Source: an uncultured Bifidobacterium sp. | Lineage (GTDB): Bacteria > Bacteroidota > Bacteroidia > AKYH767-A > OLB10 | Assembly: GCA_964534995.1 (NCBI GenBank) | Contig: CAZHSC010000005.1 | Coordinates: 17,857 to 81,856 of the forward strand | Direction of reading: 5' to 3' | Length of the DNA stretch: 64,000 nucleotides | Shown here: positions 39,620-50,045 of the stretch, piece after piece | Numbering within the stretch: the stretch's first letter is position 1 | How the letters are laid out: each line of letters opens with the position of its first letter | Program-made: the position numbers and the translations under genes | The notes under the pieces: generated by a model | The model's database searches: none | Told to the model about the DNA's origin: nothing | What the model saw: the letters and a program-made list of their open reading frames with translations, nothing else

Positions 39620-40429
39620 TTATTTCCAGGCTTTCACCACCAGGCCGGTGCCGGTACGGTGCTGCATTGACACATCCATCCAGTTCAGCAGATACGCCAG
39701 CGGATAGGCCAACAGGTAATAAAAGGGAAGCAGGATAAAAAACAGCCTGGATACGCCCAGCATCAGTATGGGATATTTCATCGACAGGCGCCATGATATT
39801 TTTCCTGGGGACCCGTAATTATATCTGGCTTCGATTTTCTGAAAGCCTGCCACCTTCAGCTTGTCCTGGATTTCCTTGATATTATATCCGTCCCGCACAT
39901 GCTCTTCAATAAATGAACTGCCGTTTTCATCATGCACATCCGAGCCGCCCTGGTCGCTGGGTGTAGAGATAAGGAGCATACCGCCGGTCTTCAGGGAAGC
40001 ATGGATATTTTTAAATACCTCCACATCCTCCAGAATATGTTCCATGACATCCACCGATATGGCAAGATCATAACGGTCGGGCTGTACGAACCTGGTGAGG
40101 TCTCCTACAATAAAATTCACCTGCCTGCCGGCACCGATAGCGCCGAAGAAATTATTGCAGTCTTCCACCTGTTCTTCTTTCACATCCACCGCCAGGATTT
40201 CAGCCTGCGGCATGCGCCTGTTCATCCAGAATGAATACTGTCCATACCCGGCACCCGCGTCCAGTATCTGCGGCTTAGCCGGCGCCGACCGCATCCATGA
40301 TTTCAGTTCTTTGTGTACATGCCAGGCTCGTAAAAGCAGCAGGTCCAGCAGGCGATAAAAAGTTTTGCGCAGGAAGGGAGATTTGTTAAAGATATTGCCT
40401 AAACTGCGTTTGATAGGGTCGTACTGCAT
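39620..40429 (-). CDS. Class I SAM-dependent methyltransferase with C-terminal membrane anchor
   Basis: Motif I is ILDAGAGYGQYS. Two hydrophobic helices follow at the C-terminus (ILMLGVSRLFFILLPFYYLLAYPLAYLL). I prefer the ATG at 40429. Confidence 0.7.
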   Translation of the reverse strand: MQYDPIKRSLGNIFNKSPFLRKTFYRLLDLLLLRAWHVHKELKSWMRSAPAKPQILDAGAGYGQYSFWMNRRMPQAEILAVDVKEEQVEDCNNFFGAIGAGRQVNFIVGDLTRFVQPDRYDLAISVDVMEHILEDVEVFKNIHASLKTGGMLLISTPSDQGGSDVHDENGSSFIEEHVRDGYNIKEIQDKLKVAGFQKIEARYNYGSPGKISWRLSMKYPILMLGVSRLFFILLPFYYLLAYPLAYLLNWMDVSMQHRTGTGLVVKAWK

Positions 40430-40524
40430 AGGGCGCGAAAGTAATAAAAAGGGGGCAGACCTTAAAACCACGGTCTACCTGAAAGGATAAGGATCACAGG
40501 CTGCTCCTGATCCTGGTTGGATTT

Positions 40525-40893
40525 CTATTCTTCAGGTGTTTCAGGAGGAATGTGCAGGTTCTTAAAAATAGCGTCCATTTTCTCCGCATAATCCAGGCTG
40601 TCATCAATAAAAAATTCAAGTTCCGGAATGATCCTCGCCTGTTTTCCGATACGACGTCCCAGTTGCAGGCGTACTTCGGTTTTATGCTTCTTCAGGTTTT
40701 TCAGAATTTCGAGGGGCTTAGGGGCCTTGAATACACTGAGGTGCACCCGGGCCAGACCCAGGTCGGGTGTTATTTTCACTCCCGTTACAGTCACGAAATG
40801 CGGTCCGTACCAGTTACGTCCTTCCCGTTGAAACAATTCCCCCAGTTCCTTCTGAATGAGTTTTGCATACTTCTGCTGCCGCACTGAATCCAT
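40525..40893 (-). CDS. rbfA: Ribosome-binding factor A
   Basis: QQKYAKLIQKELGELFQ ... VTVTGVKITPDLGLARVHLSVF. I prefer the ATG at 40893 because the upstream extension runs into a terminator hairpin. Confidence 0.85.
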   Translation of the reverse strand: MDSVRQQKYAKLIQKELGELFQREGRNWYGPHFVTVTGVKITPDLGLARVHLSVFKAPKPLEILKNLKKHKTEVRLQLGRRIGKQARIIPELEFFIDDSLDYAEKMDAIFKNLHIPPETPEE

Positions 40894-40972
40894 GCGGTAA
40901 AGATACGATAAAATCAGGAGGTGTTCCTCCTGTCCCTCCTGTCCTATCCTGCCTTCGGCATCCCTGTAAAAT

Positions 40973-41006
40973 AAAATCACCCGCGCAGGGTTGCACGGGT
41001 GATTTT
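40973..41006 (-). terminator. Terminator hairpin after the first S8 peptidase gene
   Basis: AAAATCACCCG-N12-CGGGTGATTTT. The A/T-extended stem gives a U-tract on either strand. It lies 27 nt downstream of the stop at 41033. Confidence 0.6.
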
Positions 41007-41032
41007 ATGAATTTTTCCCTGAGCAGGGCCGT

Positions 41033-44000
41033 TTATAGCTTCACCAGCTTCAGGGTGCGGCTGCCGGATTCGGTAAGCAGTCGCAGGAGATAAACACCTT
41101 GCGGCGACTGGCGCAAGTCGATCAGGGCGCGATAGGAATTACCTGCATTAACGTCCCGGCTCATCACCACACGGCCTTCTATATCTGTGAGGATATAGGA
41201 AACATTCTTCGCGGTGACCCCATTCAGTTCGAGGTTGAATAAACCGGCGGAAGGATTGGGATAAACCGCCACATTGCCGAGTTTATCGGGCTGATCCAGT
41301 CCGGTGGTAGTGCTTATGTTTACATTATCAACATAGAGGTTATTTCCATACCCGTTAATGTTCACAAACTTCAGCAGCACACCGGAGCCTATCCAGTTGT
41401 TCAGGTTAACGGTATCTTTTCTCCAATCAGTGGCATTGGCCGGAATGAATTCAGTAGTCAATGTGCCCACTGTGGCCAGGCCAAGGCCATCTTTCTGATA
41501 TCCCGCGGGCTGCCAGGTGTTGCCGCAATCGGTAGAGATGTCTACACGCAGGGTATCGGTATAGGTAGCACTGTACTGGGCATAGGCCACATCAAAAGTC
41601 ATGATGGCGTCGATGGCATTTACCAGTGAAACCTCCAGGGTAACCAGTCCGTCTTCAGCACCTACATTGTTGTAATCGAAATTATCCACAAAAGAGCAGG
41701 CGGTGAGGTTGCCGTTTGCTCCTGTTACTGCCGCTGCTTCTGCCCAGGTGATGGCGGCACCGGCATCATCAATGCTCCAGGAGGCAGGAGGGAAGGTTCC
41801 GCTCTGGAAGTCTTCACTAAACGGTGTTACTGCCGCCGCCAGAATCGTAATGAGCGAGGTCTGATTAACGGTACCACCTCCAAAACCATTGGTGGCGGTC
41901 AGCTCTACATCATAGGTTCCTGTCGCGTTGAAAACTACCTGCGGATTTTGGGAAGTAGCGGAGGTGCCATTGACAAAACTCACACTGGCAGGCGTGAAGG
42001 TCCACTGCCAGCTGTTGGGTGAGTTCAGGCTCTGGTCGGTGAAGGTGAATACCTTTCCGGTACAGCCGCTGGTGGCATTCACCACAAAGGCGGGAACAGG
42101 AGGAGCGGAGGACTCGATAATGTTGATATCATCCAGAGCGATGTCTGATTCGAAGTTATTACCGGTAACCGCGCGGAAGCGTACATTGATCACGTCACCG
42201 GCCCAGGGCATCATGTTCAATACCGCCTGCTGCCAGCTGTTACCCTGGTTGCCGGTAATGGCCGGGATCACATCGTTCACCCATCCTCCCTGCGTAAATA
42301 CATCAACATGTAATTCACCCATGTCTCCGCCATACATATGATACCAGAATGTCATCTGCGGAGCTGAGGCGGCACTGAGGTCGATGCAGGGAGTAATCAG
42401 GTTGGAGTTTTTGTTGAAACATGCCGATGACTCCAGGTACACATAGTTTCCGGCAGCAGTACCTAAGGTGTGGTCCACATCGGGTCCGGTTCCTGCCGAA
42501 GGAGTGGATCCTTCATTGACACGGAAGTCAATATCGTCCTGATCATTGTTTACTTCGTTGATCCAGCCATTGCCCACAGCACAAACCGTTACTTCACAAT
42601 CGCTGGCAGTACTGCAAAGGGTGGAAGCTTCAAAATCCTCAATGAATGGCAGGGTGGCCAGGGTTCCGGCAATCACATTCGTTACGGAGAGCGAAGAGTC
42701 GTTGTACACATTGAGATCCCCGGTGAGGCTGAGCCATGTCTGAAGATTATAGGTGCCGGCCACCGACAAGTCGAGGGTAGCGGTAAAGGTAAAGAGCTGA
42801 GAGGCGCCCGGGGCAAGGGTACCTGTAAAGGTTTCCGTAACTACGGCGCCGCCGTTCAAAGAGAAATTAACGGGGATGTTGGAGACAGGGTTTTGTCCCC
42901 TGTTCTCAATCAGCACCCCTACAGGAACCGCTGAGTTATCATGACAATCCTGCATAGTTCCGTTACCGGGGCTGGCAATGGCGGAGAGCTGCGCATCAAC
43001 GGCGAGCGGGCAGGAGAAAGTACCGGGCGCCTTATAAATCGCGTTGGCTCTGCGTCCGTTATTTCCCTCCGGCGTAATGGCGCTCACGCTGAACCAGTAT
43101 TCCAGATTGGGGTTGGTATTGGCTATCACAATGCTGTTGGTGGTGCTGGTACCCACTGCTTCCATGTATCTGGCGCCAAGCATGTAGGCCGTATAGCCGA
43201 CAGCGCCATTTACGGCATTCCACACCAAACGGATAGAATCCGGGCAGGCCCAGTCAACGGTGATGCCGGTGGGCACGCCGATGATGGCCAGTGAAGTATC
43301 GCTTTCATCACTGAAGCCGTTGCGGCTTACACGCAGTTTGACGGCTCCGGAAACGGTAGCCGGTACGGACCAGTTATATTGCTGAACGTTTTGTGCCACA
43401 CTGGCGGCGATGACATTCCAGGTAGCTCCGTTATCGGTAGAATAGTCGAGCGAGTAGGTGCCCAGGTTACGCTGACCATCCCACCTCAGCACTTCCGTTT
43501 CGCCGGGAACAAAGCCTTCGCCGCCGTTGGGATAGGTCATGGTAACTTCTTCAGAGCGGAATTCCCATACCAGGTAATAGCGCTGGCCTGTTGACGGTAT
43601 CGCATGACCGTTAATGCTCACGGTATAGGTGCCGGCCGCCGGATTATCCAGCGTTACCTGCTCCATGTTATTGAGGGAGTCAACACCTCTGGTGGCTGGT
43701 GCGCTCAGGCTGGCTACCAAAGGGGTTGGATCGAGTATCCAGGGGTTCCAGGCTGTACTGGAAGGATCCGTAACCGTCATGTTCAGGTTGTTCACCAGGG
43801 ACACGGCTGAGGCGGGCGATCCTCCAACATCCGACCAGTACACCATCACCCGCATCTCAGTTACTCCGGCAGGAACGGTGATGTTGTGCGTATTGATGAC
43901 TCCCTGAGTAATGCTGTCCGTCAGATAACGGTTATCTTCAAGGGTACGTACCGCGCGCAAAGCATTCACGCGTCCCCAGCCATAGATAAAATCAGGTCCG

Positions 44001-45436
44001 GGATTGCCAATATCTTCGGCCGTATTCAGGAGGCAGGCTTTGATCAGCGCTGCGGGAGGATTGGAAACAGTATTAAGTTCTTTATAGGCCTGATACATCT
44101 GGGCAAAAATTCCGGCGATACCCGGCGAAGCGGCGGAGGTACCACCACCCACCTGGTAGGTATTGTTTTCATCGGTGCTAAGCTGGTCGCGACCGTTAGC
44201 GCAGATATCGGGCTTGATGCGGCCATCGGAAGCGGGGCCGCGGCTGCTGCTGGGATCCAGTACTTCAAGGGCGTCCAGGTTTCCGCAGGCCACCACATTC
44301 TTTCCCTGCTTGTATCCACCTGTGATATTGCCCCAGCTGCTGCCGGCGCCATAACCGCAGTTTCCGCTGCCGTTATTACCGCCTGAAAAAACAAACTGAA
44401 GCTGGGGATTGTCATACAGCAACTGATCACCGAACTGCGTATCGGAAGTATATTCATTACATCCCTGGGAATAAGAAGTGGAGGCGATCACGATGCCGTA
44501 GTTATTGTAATTCGCCACTGCGTTGACTACCTGCGGATAACTGCCGATATCGAAAGTGTAGAGGTCGGCGCCACTGGCCATGCCACGGATGGTGGGATTC
44601 AGATTACCCGCGCCCACGCAGATACCGCTGGTCATATCACCATGTGTAGATCCCGAACCGGTGGCGAAATTGGTAATACGCCCGGTGAAATCAATATGCG
44701 GGCCTACAAAGCCATCATCGGCTATGGCTACCGTTACATTGTTACCGTCATAATGACGGCCGGTGGCATAATCGCTGTTGATCACATTGGAACGGTGCAG
44801 GCTCCTGCCCTTGGTATCTTCCTTCTCGGATGGCGCCGCAATGGTGTTGATGTAAAATACCCATGGCTCCGCGGCCAGGTCCATCAGGCCGAAATCGCTG
44901 ATGCGAACGGTGATTACCCTGTTCGCGGCACTGTGGCTGATCACTTTTCCATGTCTGGAGATGGCGGCCAGCGCGGCAGGGAGGGAAATGTTCGCCTGAT
45001 ACTGTACATTCAGGTCAACCTTACCTTTCTCCTTAATGGCCCATTCCTGAAAGCCACCGGCGATATTACGGCTGATTTTGTGTAACTGCTCCTGTTTAAT
45101 CACAGCCCTTACCCCGAAAGCAGACAGTTTAGCACGGTCATAACGGACAGGGATGGCCGTCATATAGGTATTCCCGGGAATGTAGTCCATCAGTACGAGT
45201 CCGCTTTTGCGCATCGCGTCCTGTTGCTCTTTTCCGGGGATGCTGTTGAACTGGAGGAACCGGAAATAATATCCGCCAAACACATCCGAAGGTGCGGGGG
45301 AAGAAATAAACTCCGTCAGGTTGGCCGCCGGAGTGATGGTCCCGCTCTGCAGGTACAGGCGGTAATCCTGCTGCGCGCATACAGCCGTGGAAATGAATAC
45401 CACTGCTGCAAGAATCCATGAGTTGAAATGTTTCAT
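41033..45436 (-). CDS. Giant S8 (subtilisin-family) serine peptidase with MAM, PKD and T9SS C-terminal sorting domains
   Basis: About 1467 aa from the ATG at 45436 (MKHFNSW, signal peptide). Catalytic contexts are AIADDGF (D), THGDMTSG (H) and GGGTSAASPGIAG (S). The MAM-like block is FIEDFE...DDINI (~42110-42650) and the PKD-like block is ~41880-42100. The C-terminus VAVYPNPSAGLFNLEL...LKLVKL looks like a T9SS CTD. Confidence 0.9.
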   Translation of the reverse strand: MKHFNSWILAAVVFISTAVCAQQDYRLYLQSGTITPAANLTEFISSPAPSDVFGGYYFRFLQFNSIPGKEQQDAMRKSGLVLMDYIPGNTYMTAIPVRYDRAKLSAFGVRAVIKQEQLHKISRNIAGGFQEWAIKEKGKVDLNVQYQANISLPAALAAISRHGKVISHSAANRVITVRISDFGLMDLAAEPWVFYINTIAAPSEKEDTKGRSLHRSNVINSDYATGRHYDGNNVTVAIADDGFVGPHIDFTGRITNFATGSGSTHGDMTSGICVGAGNLNPTIRGMASGADLYTFDIGSYPQVVNAVANYNNYGIVIASTSYSQGCNEYTSDTQFGDQLLYDNPQLQFVFSGGNNGSGNCGYGAGSSWGNITGGYKQGKNVVACGNLDALEVLDPSSSRGPASDGRIKPDICANGRDQLSTDENNTYQVGGGTSAASPGIAGIFAQMYQAYKELNTVSNPPAALIKACLLNTAEDIGNPGPDFIYGWGRVNALRAVRTLEDNRYLTDSITQGVINTHNITVPAGVTEMRVMVYWSDVGGSPASAVSLVNNLNMTVTDPSSTAWNPWILDPTPLVASLSAPATRGVDSLNNMEQVTLDNPAAGTYTVSINGHAIPSTGQRYYLVWEFRSEEVTMTYPNGGEGFVPGETEVLRWDGQRNLGTYSLDYSTDNGATWNVIAASVAQNVQQYNWSVPATVSGAVKLRVSRNGFSDESDTSLAIIGVPTGITVDWACPDSIRLVWNAVNGAVGYTAYMLGARYMEAVGTSTTNSIVIANTNPNLEYWFSVSAITPEGNNGRRANAIYKAPGTFSCPLAVDAQLSAIASPGNGTMQDCHDNSAVPVGVLIENRGQNPVSNIPVNFSLNGGAVVTETFTGTLAPGASQLFTFTATLDLSVAGTYNLQTWLSLTGDLNVYNDSSLSVTNVIAGTLATLPFIEDFEASTLCSTASDCEVTVCAVGNGWINEVNNDQDDIDFRVNEGSTPSAGTGPDVDHTLGTAAGNYVYLESSACFNKNSNLITPCIDLSAASAPQMTFWYHMYGGDMGELHVDVFTQGGWVNDVIPAITGNQGNSWQQAVLNMMPWAGDVINVRFRAVTGNNFESDIALDDINIIESSAPPVPAFVVNATSGCTGKVFTFTDQSLNSPNSWQWTFTPASVSFVNGTSATSQNPQVVFNATGTYDVELTATNGFGGGTVNQTSLITILAAAVTPFSEDFQSGTFPPASWSIDDAGAAITWAEAAAVTGANGNLTACSFVDNFDYNNVGAEDGLVTLEVSLVNAIDAIMTFDVAYAQYSATYTDTLRVDISTDCGNTWQPAGYQKDGLGLATVGTLTTEFIPANATDWRKDTVNLNNWIGSGVLLKFVNINGYGNNLYVDNVNISTTTGLDQPDKLGNVAVYPNPSAGLFNLELNGVTAKNVSYILTDIEGRVVMSRDVNAGNSYRALIDLRQSPQGVYLLRLLTESGSRTLKLVKL

Positions 45437-45837
45437 TGTAAGTTTTATGGGTTTTTGTGTATGATTTATTTTTTCTTTTAACCGGGGCAATGCTGAATTT
45501 TTTCATGCAAACCGGTGTATAGTACCTACGGGGTACCGCCGGGCAGGCGCTTCATACATGTCTGCTCTCATCAACAAGCGTTTTGATTTATGCTGAAGCG
45601 AAACATCCGCGCCGGCCACAAGTCCGTAAGAAGGCTGAATAATGCTGACTCAGTGGCAAAGACTTCCGGTTTCATTTCACTGAAACGAAAATACACATAA
45701 ACATTTGAATTTATATTTCCGGACCTCCGGAGTGAAAAGAATTAATCGAAAAGTACAATTTCAGGTTAAAATTTTAATTATCAACCGCATAACACGAACA
45801 TGAAATAACATGCCCATGACCTTATGCTGGCAAAGTA

Positions 45838-45880
45838 AAGCAAAAAGGCATAGGAAATACCCTTCATCTCCTATGCCTTT
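45838..45880 (-). terminator. Rho-independent terminator after the second S8 peptidase gene
   Basis: On the minus strand: AAAGGCATAGGA-N13-TCCTATGCCTTT followed by TTGCTTT, starting 10 nt after the stop. Confidence 0.7.
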
Positions 45881-45889
45881 GTTATTTCT

Positions 45890-48800
45890 TCAGGGTTTAG
45901 ATACAGAAATAAAGTTGGTAATATTATTATCCATGATGGACTGATCCACTATATCCACCGTGCCGTCACCACTGAGGTCGGTCACCACATACCCTCCCAT
46001 AAAATTAAAGATAGCATTATCTACCGGCGACTGGTCGAGCAGGTCAATGGTTTCATCCTGTGGCCGCAGGTCACCGCTGTAAAAGGCAAATACCCCCGGC
46101 AGCAGCTGACGCATATTGGCGCCATAGGCCTGTGCGGCGGAAGTGGTGAAATTGTAAGAAGTACTGGCATTTAAGAGTACCGGCACCGCACTCCAGGTTT
46201 CAATGCTGTTACGGTGATTGACGGCAATGTAATAGCTGCTGCCTGTTAGCGCTGATGAATATTGACAGGTTACCGCACCCGCGGTGCTTACCACGCCCGT
46301 ATCGGCCGCCACCAGTGTATAGGGGCTGGATGCCTGATGTAGTTTCACAATCACGGTATCGGCTTCCAGCGGATTGGTACCGGCGGAGGAATTCAGCAGG
46401 GCCGGCACCATGCCCCCGCTTCCGTTGTGCAGTCCCTCCAGGAGTAAATTCAGGGTCAGCGCGGCGGAGGAGGAAGTTCCGGTAAATTCAACATTATCAA
46501 TATAAAGATTATTGCCATAACGGTTGATATTTACAAACCTGATGGTGATGTTATTCCCCACCCATGCGCTTAGATCAATCGTATCCTTTCTCCATTGTGC
46601 TGTTGAGGTTGGTGCAAATGAAGATGTGACGGTACCAGCAGTAGCCAGTGTTAATCCGCCTTTCAGATAACCTGTCGGTTGCCATGTGGCGCCGCAATCC
46701 GTTGAAACATCCACCCTCATGGTGTCGGAATAAGCGGAGCTGTAGCGGGCATAAGCCACATCAAATGTCATTTTTGCTGTGGAAGCCGGAGTCAGGGAAA
46801 CCACATAGGTGAGCAATTTATCTTCCGCGGCGGGATTGTTATAGCTGTAGTTGTTGATAAAGGCGCAACTGGTGCTGCTTCCGGTAGCTCCTGTAATCCC
46901 CGTTGCCAATTGCCAGGTGTAGGCGCCTCCTGCGCTCTGTAGGCTCCAGGCTGTTGGCGGAAAGCCCCCGCTCTGGAAGGTTTCCGTTACCGGATAATTG
47001 CTCGCACTGAAAACGGAAGAAACCACGGTCAGGGAATCATTGTAAAGGTTCATATCGCCGGCATAGGAAGTATAGGTCTGCAGGGAATACGTACCGGCAG
47101 ACGAATAATTAAGCGTAGCGCTGAAGGTGAACAGTTGAGTGGCACCCGGGTTCAGGGGCCCTGCAAATATTTCAGTAACTACGGCGCCGCCATTGAGACG
47201 ATACTTTACCGGGATATTGCTGAGTACGTTTTGTCCCACATTCTCCAGCGTCACACTCACCGGTACCGCAGCAATATTCTGACATACGGAAAGGTTGCCT
47301 GCATTGGGGCTTGACACTGACGCTATTTTCACGTCGAAGGGCAATGGGCAGTTGGAGGTGCCGGGCGCTTTGTAAATGGCATAGGCCCTGCGCCCTTTAT
47401 TGCCCGCGGGAGTATTGGCACATACACTGAACCAGTATTCAAGAGAAGGGTTGGTGCCGGTAACCACAAAATTTGTTGTGGTGGTGGTACCAATGGCTTC
47501 CATGTATTTATTTCCAAGTTTATAGACCGTATAACCGGAAGCACCGCTCACAGCATTCCAGGTGAGCCGGATGGAATCGGGGCAGGCCCATGACACCGCC
47601 AATCCTCCGGGTACACCAATGATGGCCAGCGCGGTATCGCTCATATCTGTATAGGCACCACGGGTTACCCTCACTTTTACTTCGCCTGAAACATTATTGG
47701 GTACGGTCCAGCTGTACTGCTGTACGTTTTGCGCCACCGAAACCGCGATAGGCAGCCAGGTAGTCCCGTTATTCACCGTATATTCGAGGGCATAGGTGCC
47801 CAGGTTGCGCTGCCCGTCCCACCTCAGCACTTCCGTTTCGCCGGGAACAAAACCTTCGCCGCCGTTGGGATAGGTCATGGTGACGGCATCCGACCGGAAC
47901 TCCCATACCAGGTAATAGCGCTGACCTGTTGACGGTAAGGCATACCCGTTAATGGTGACTGTATAGGCACCCGCCGCCGGGTTGTCGAGCGTGACCTGCT
48001 CCATGTTGTTGAGGCTGTCAACACCGCGGACGGCAGGGGCGGTAAGGTTGGCTACCACAGGTGTGGGATCCAGGATCCAGGGGTTCCATACCGCCGCGGA
48101 AGGATCGGTAAGGGTCATGTTGATATTGTTCACAAGCGCAGGTGCCGCGACGGGGGAACCTCCCACATCCGACCAGTACACCATCACCCGTAACTGGCGC
48201 GTACCTGAGGGCACATTGATGATATGCGTCTTGCTGTTGCCCTGGGTCACGCTGTCAGTAAGGTAGCGGTTGGCCTCCAGCGTTTGCAGCGCGCGCAGGG
48301 CGTTCACCCTACCCCAGCCGTATGTATAATCAGGGCCCGCGTTGCCGATATCTTCCGCACTGTTTAGCAGACAGGCTTTGATGAGCGCGGCGGGAGGATT
48401 GGCGGCGCCGGTCAGGCTTTTATAGGCCTGATAGAGCTGCGCGAAAATGCCCGCAACACCGGGAGAAGCGGCGGAAGTACCGCCCCCTACCTGGTAGGTA
48501 TTGTTTTCATTTGTACTGAGCTGGTTTCTTCCATTGGCACAGATGTCCGGTTTAATACGACCGTCGGAGGCAGGGCCGCGGCTGCTGGTAGGATCGAGTA
48601 CTTCCAGCTCATCGAGGTTTCCGCAGGCCACTACATTTTTCCCCTGCTTATAGCCGCCGGTAATATTTCCCCATCCCGCGCCGGCACCATAGCTGCAATT
48701 GCTGCTCTGGCTGTTACCCGCCGAAAACACAAACTGAATCTGGGGATTGTTGTACAATAGCTGATCGCCGAACTGGGTGTCGGAAGTGTACTGGTTACAG

Positions 48801-49777
48801 CCCTGCGAATATGAAGTGGATGAAATCACAATGCCGTAGTTGTTATAATTCGCAACTGCATTGACCACCTGCGGATAGGAAGAAATGTTATAGGTATAGA
48901 GATAAGCCCCCGTGGCCATCCCACGGATGACCGGGTTCAGGTTGCCGGCACCAACGCAGATGCCGCTGGTCATATCGCCATGCGTCTGCCCGGTACCTGT
49001 AGCAAAATTTGTCATCCTTCCGGCAAAGTCAATGTGCGGGCCTACGAAGCCGTCATCGGCAATGGCTACATTCACTCCCGTACCGTCATAGCGGCGGCCC
49101 GTTGTAAAGTCGCTGTTGATGATGTTCGAGCGATGGAGGCTCCTGCCTTTGGTATCATCCTTTTCGGAGGGAGCAGCGATGCTGTTGACGAAAAACACCC
49201 AGGGCTCCTGCGCGAGGGCCATCAGCGATGCATCGTCTGTCCGGATCGTGATGATCCTGTTGACCGCCTGGTGGCCAAGAATACGGCCGTACCTGGCCGC
49301 GGACTGTAATACGGCAGGAAGGGGGAGTGAAGACTGATATTGCACATCCAGGTCAACGGTACCCGGGGCGTTCACCGCCCAATCCTGAAATCCTCCGGCA
49401 ATGGTACGGCTGATTTTGTGTACCGGCTCTTGTTTTATGACGGCACGCACCCCCAGCTGTGTCAGTTTGCTTTTATCATAACCTACAGGGATAGCCGTCA
49501 TAAAGGTATTTTTCGGAATATAATCCATGAGCACCAGTCCGCTCCTGCGGATAGCGTCCTGCTGATCCTTGCCCGGAAGCTGGTTAAACTGCAAAAAACG
49601 GAAGTAAAAGCCGTTATACGTATCTGAAGGATCGGGCGATGATATAAAAGTAGTCAGGTTGGCTTCGGGCTGAGAAGTGCCGCTTTGGAGATAGAGGCGA
49701 TAATCCTGTTGTTGCGCATGGGTAGTTGTTGACAGCAGTATGAGCGCCGATAAAACAGTAAGGCAGAGATGTTTCAT
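45890..49777 (-). CDS. Giant S8 serine peptidase paralogue lacking MAM/PKD/T9SS CTD; ends in a beta-sandwich-like module + dockerin-like repeats
   Basis: 1295 aa, collinear and highly similar to the upstream peptidase over about the first 900 aa, with the same D/H/S contexts. The C-terminal 193 aa differ (LTLNLLLEG...YYIAVNHRNSIETWS, then DLSGDGTVDIVDQSIMDNN). Confidence 0.9.
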   Translation of the reverse strand: MKHLCLTVLSALILLSTTTHAQQQDYRLYLQSGTSQPEANLTTFISSPDPSDTYNGFYFRFLQFNQLPGKDQQDAIRRSGLVLMDYIPKNTFMTAIPVGYDKSKLTQLGVRAVIKQEPVHKISRTIAGGFQDWAVNAPGTVDLDVQYQSSLPLPAVLQSAARYGRILGHQAVNRIITIRTDDASLMALAQEPWVFFVNSIAAPSEKDDTKGRSLHRSNIINSDFTTGRRYDGTGVNVAIADDGFVGPHIDFAGRMTNFATGTGQTHGDMTSGICVGAGNLNPVIRGMATGAYLYTYNISSYPQVVNAVANYNNYGIVISSTSYSQGCNQYTSDTQFGDQLLYNNPQIQFVFSAGNSQSSNCSYGAGAGWGNITGGYKQGKNVVACGNLDELEVLDPTSSRGPASDGRIKPDICANGRNQLSTNENNTYQVGGGTSAASPGVAGIFAQLYQAYKSLTGAANPPAALIKACLLNSAEDIGNAGPDYTYGWGRVNALRALQTLEANRYLTDSVTQGNSKTHIINVPSGTRQLRVMVYWSDVGGSPVAAPALVNNINMTLTDPSAAVWNPWILDPTPVVANLTAPAVRGVDSLNNMEQVTLDNPAAGAYTVTINGYALPSTGQRYYLVWEFRSDAVTMTYPNGGEGFVPGETEVLRWDGQRNLGTYALEYTVNNGTTWLPIAVSVAQNVQQYSWTVPNNVSGEVKVRVTRGAYTDMSDTALAIIGVPGGLAVSWACPDSIRLTWNAVSGASGYTVYKLGNKYMEAIGTTTTTNFVVTGTNPSLEYWFSVCANTPAGNKGRRAYAIYKAPGTSNCPLPFDVKIASVSSPNAGNLSVCQNIAAVPVSVTLENVGQNVLSNIPVKYRLNGGAVVTEIFAGPLNPGATQLFTFSATLNYSSAGTYSLQTYTSYAGDMNLYNDSLTVVSSVFSASNYPVTETFQSGGFPPTAWSLQSAGGAYTWQLATGITGATGSSTSCAFINNYSYNNPAAEDKLLTYVVSLTPASTAKMTFDVAYARYSSAYSDTMRVDVSTDCGATWQPTGYLKGGLTLATAGTVTSSFAPTSTAQWRKDTIDLSAWVGNNITIRFVNINRYGNNLYIDNVEFTGTSSSAALTLNLLLEGLHNGSGGMVPALLNSSAGTNPLEADTVIVKLHQASSPYTLVAADTGVVSTAGAVTCQYSSALTGSSYYIAVNHRNSIETWSAVPVLLNASTSYNFTTSAAQAYGANMRQLLPGVFAFYSGDLRPQDETIDLLDQSPVDNAIFNFMGGYVVTDLSGDGTVDIVDQSIMDNNITNFISVSKP

Positions 49778-50045
49778 ATATAATTATACGGTATTTACAA
49801 GGAATGGTTAATGGTATCTGAAGGAAATACATCCGATAGAATCAATTGATGCATCATTTTCCTTCCTTAACAAAGTTATCAAAAGCACTTTTCCCCTGCA
49901 AATAATTTTACAGGATGGCACTTTCCATGTTTTCTCAGAATGGATTATGTCCGCAAGTATATCTTCATACCCGGGAAATCGGGGAGTTGCCGACTTCATT
50001 TTTATTATCCGCTCCGAATACTGAACTTTGCCTTGCACCATTGCC

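Noticed and set aside
38370-39794. N-terminal extensions in the ORF track: 38370-39794, 40525-40980, 56845-58839, 41033-45490, 50028-50708 and 2871-3527
   Set aside because: The extensions overlap the upstream gene or a terminator hairpin, or they lack the signal peptide or conserved N-terminus that begins at an internal ATG. I used the starts 39614, 40893, 56950, 45436, 50046 and 2895 instead.
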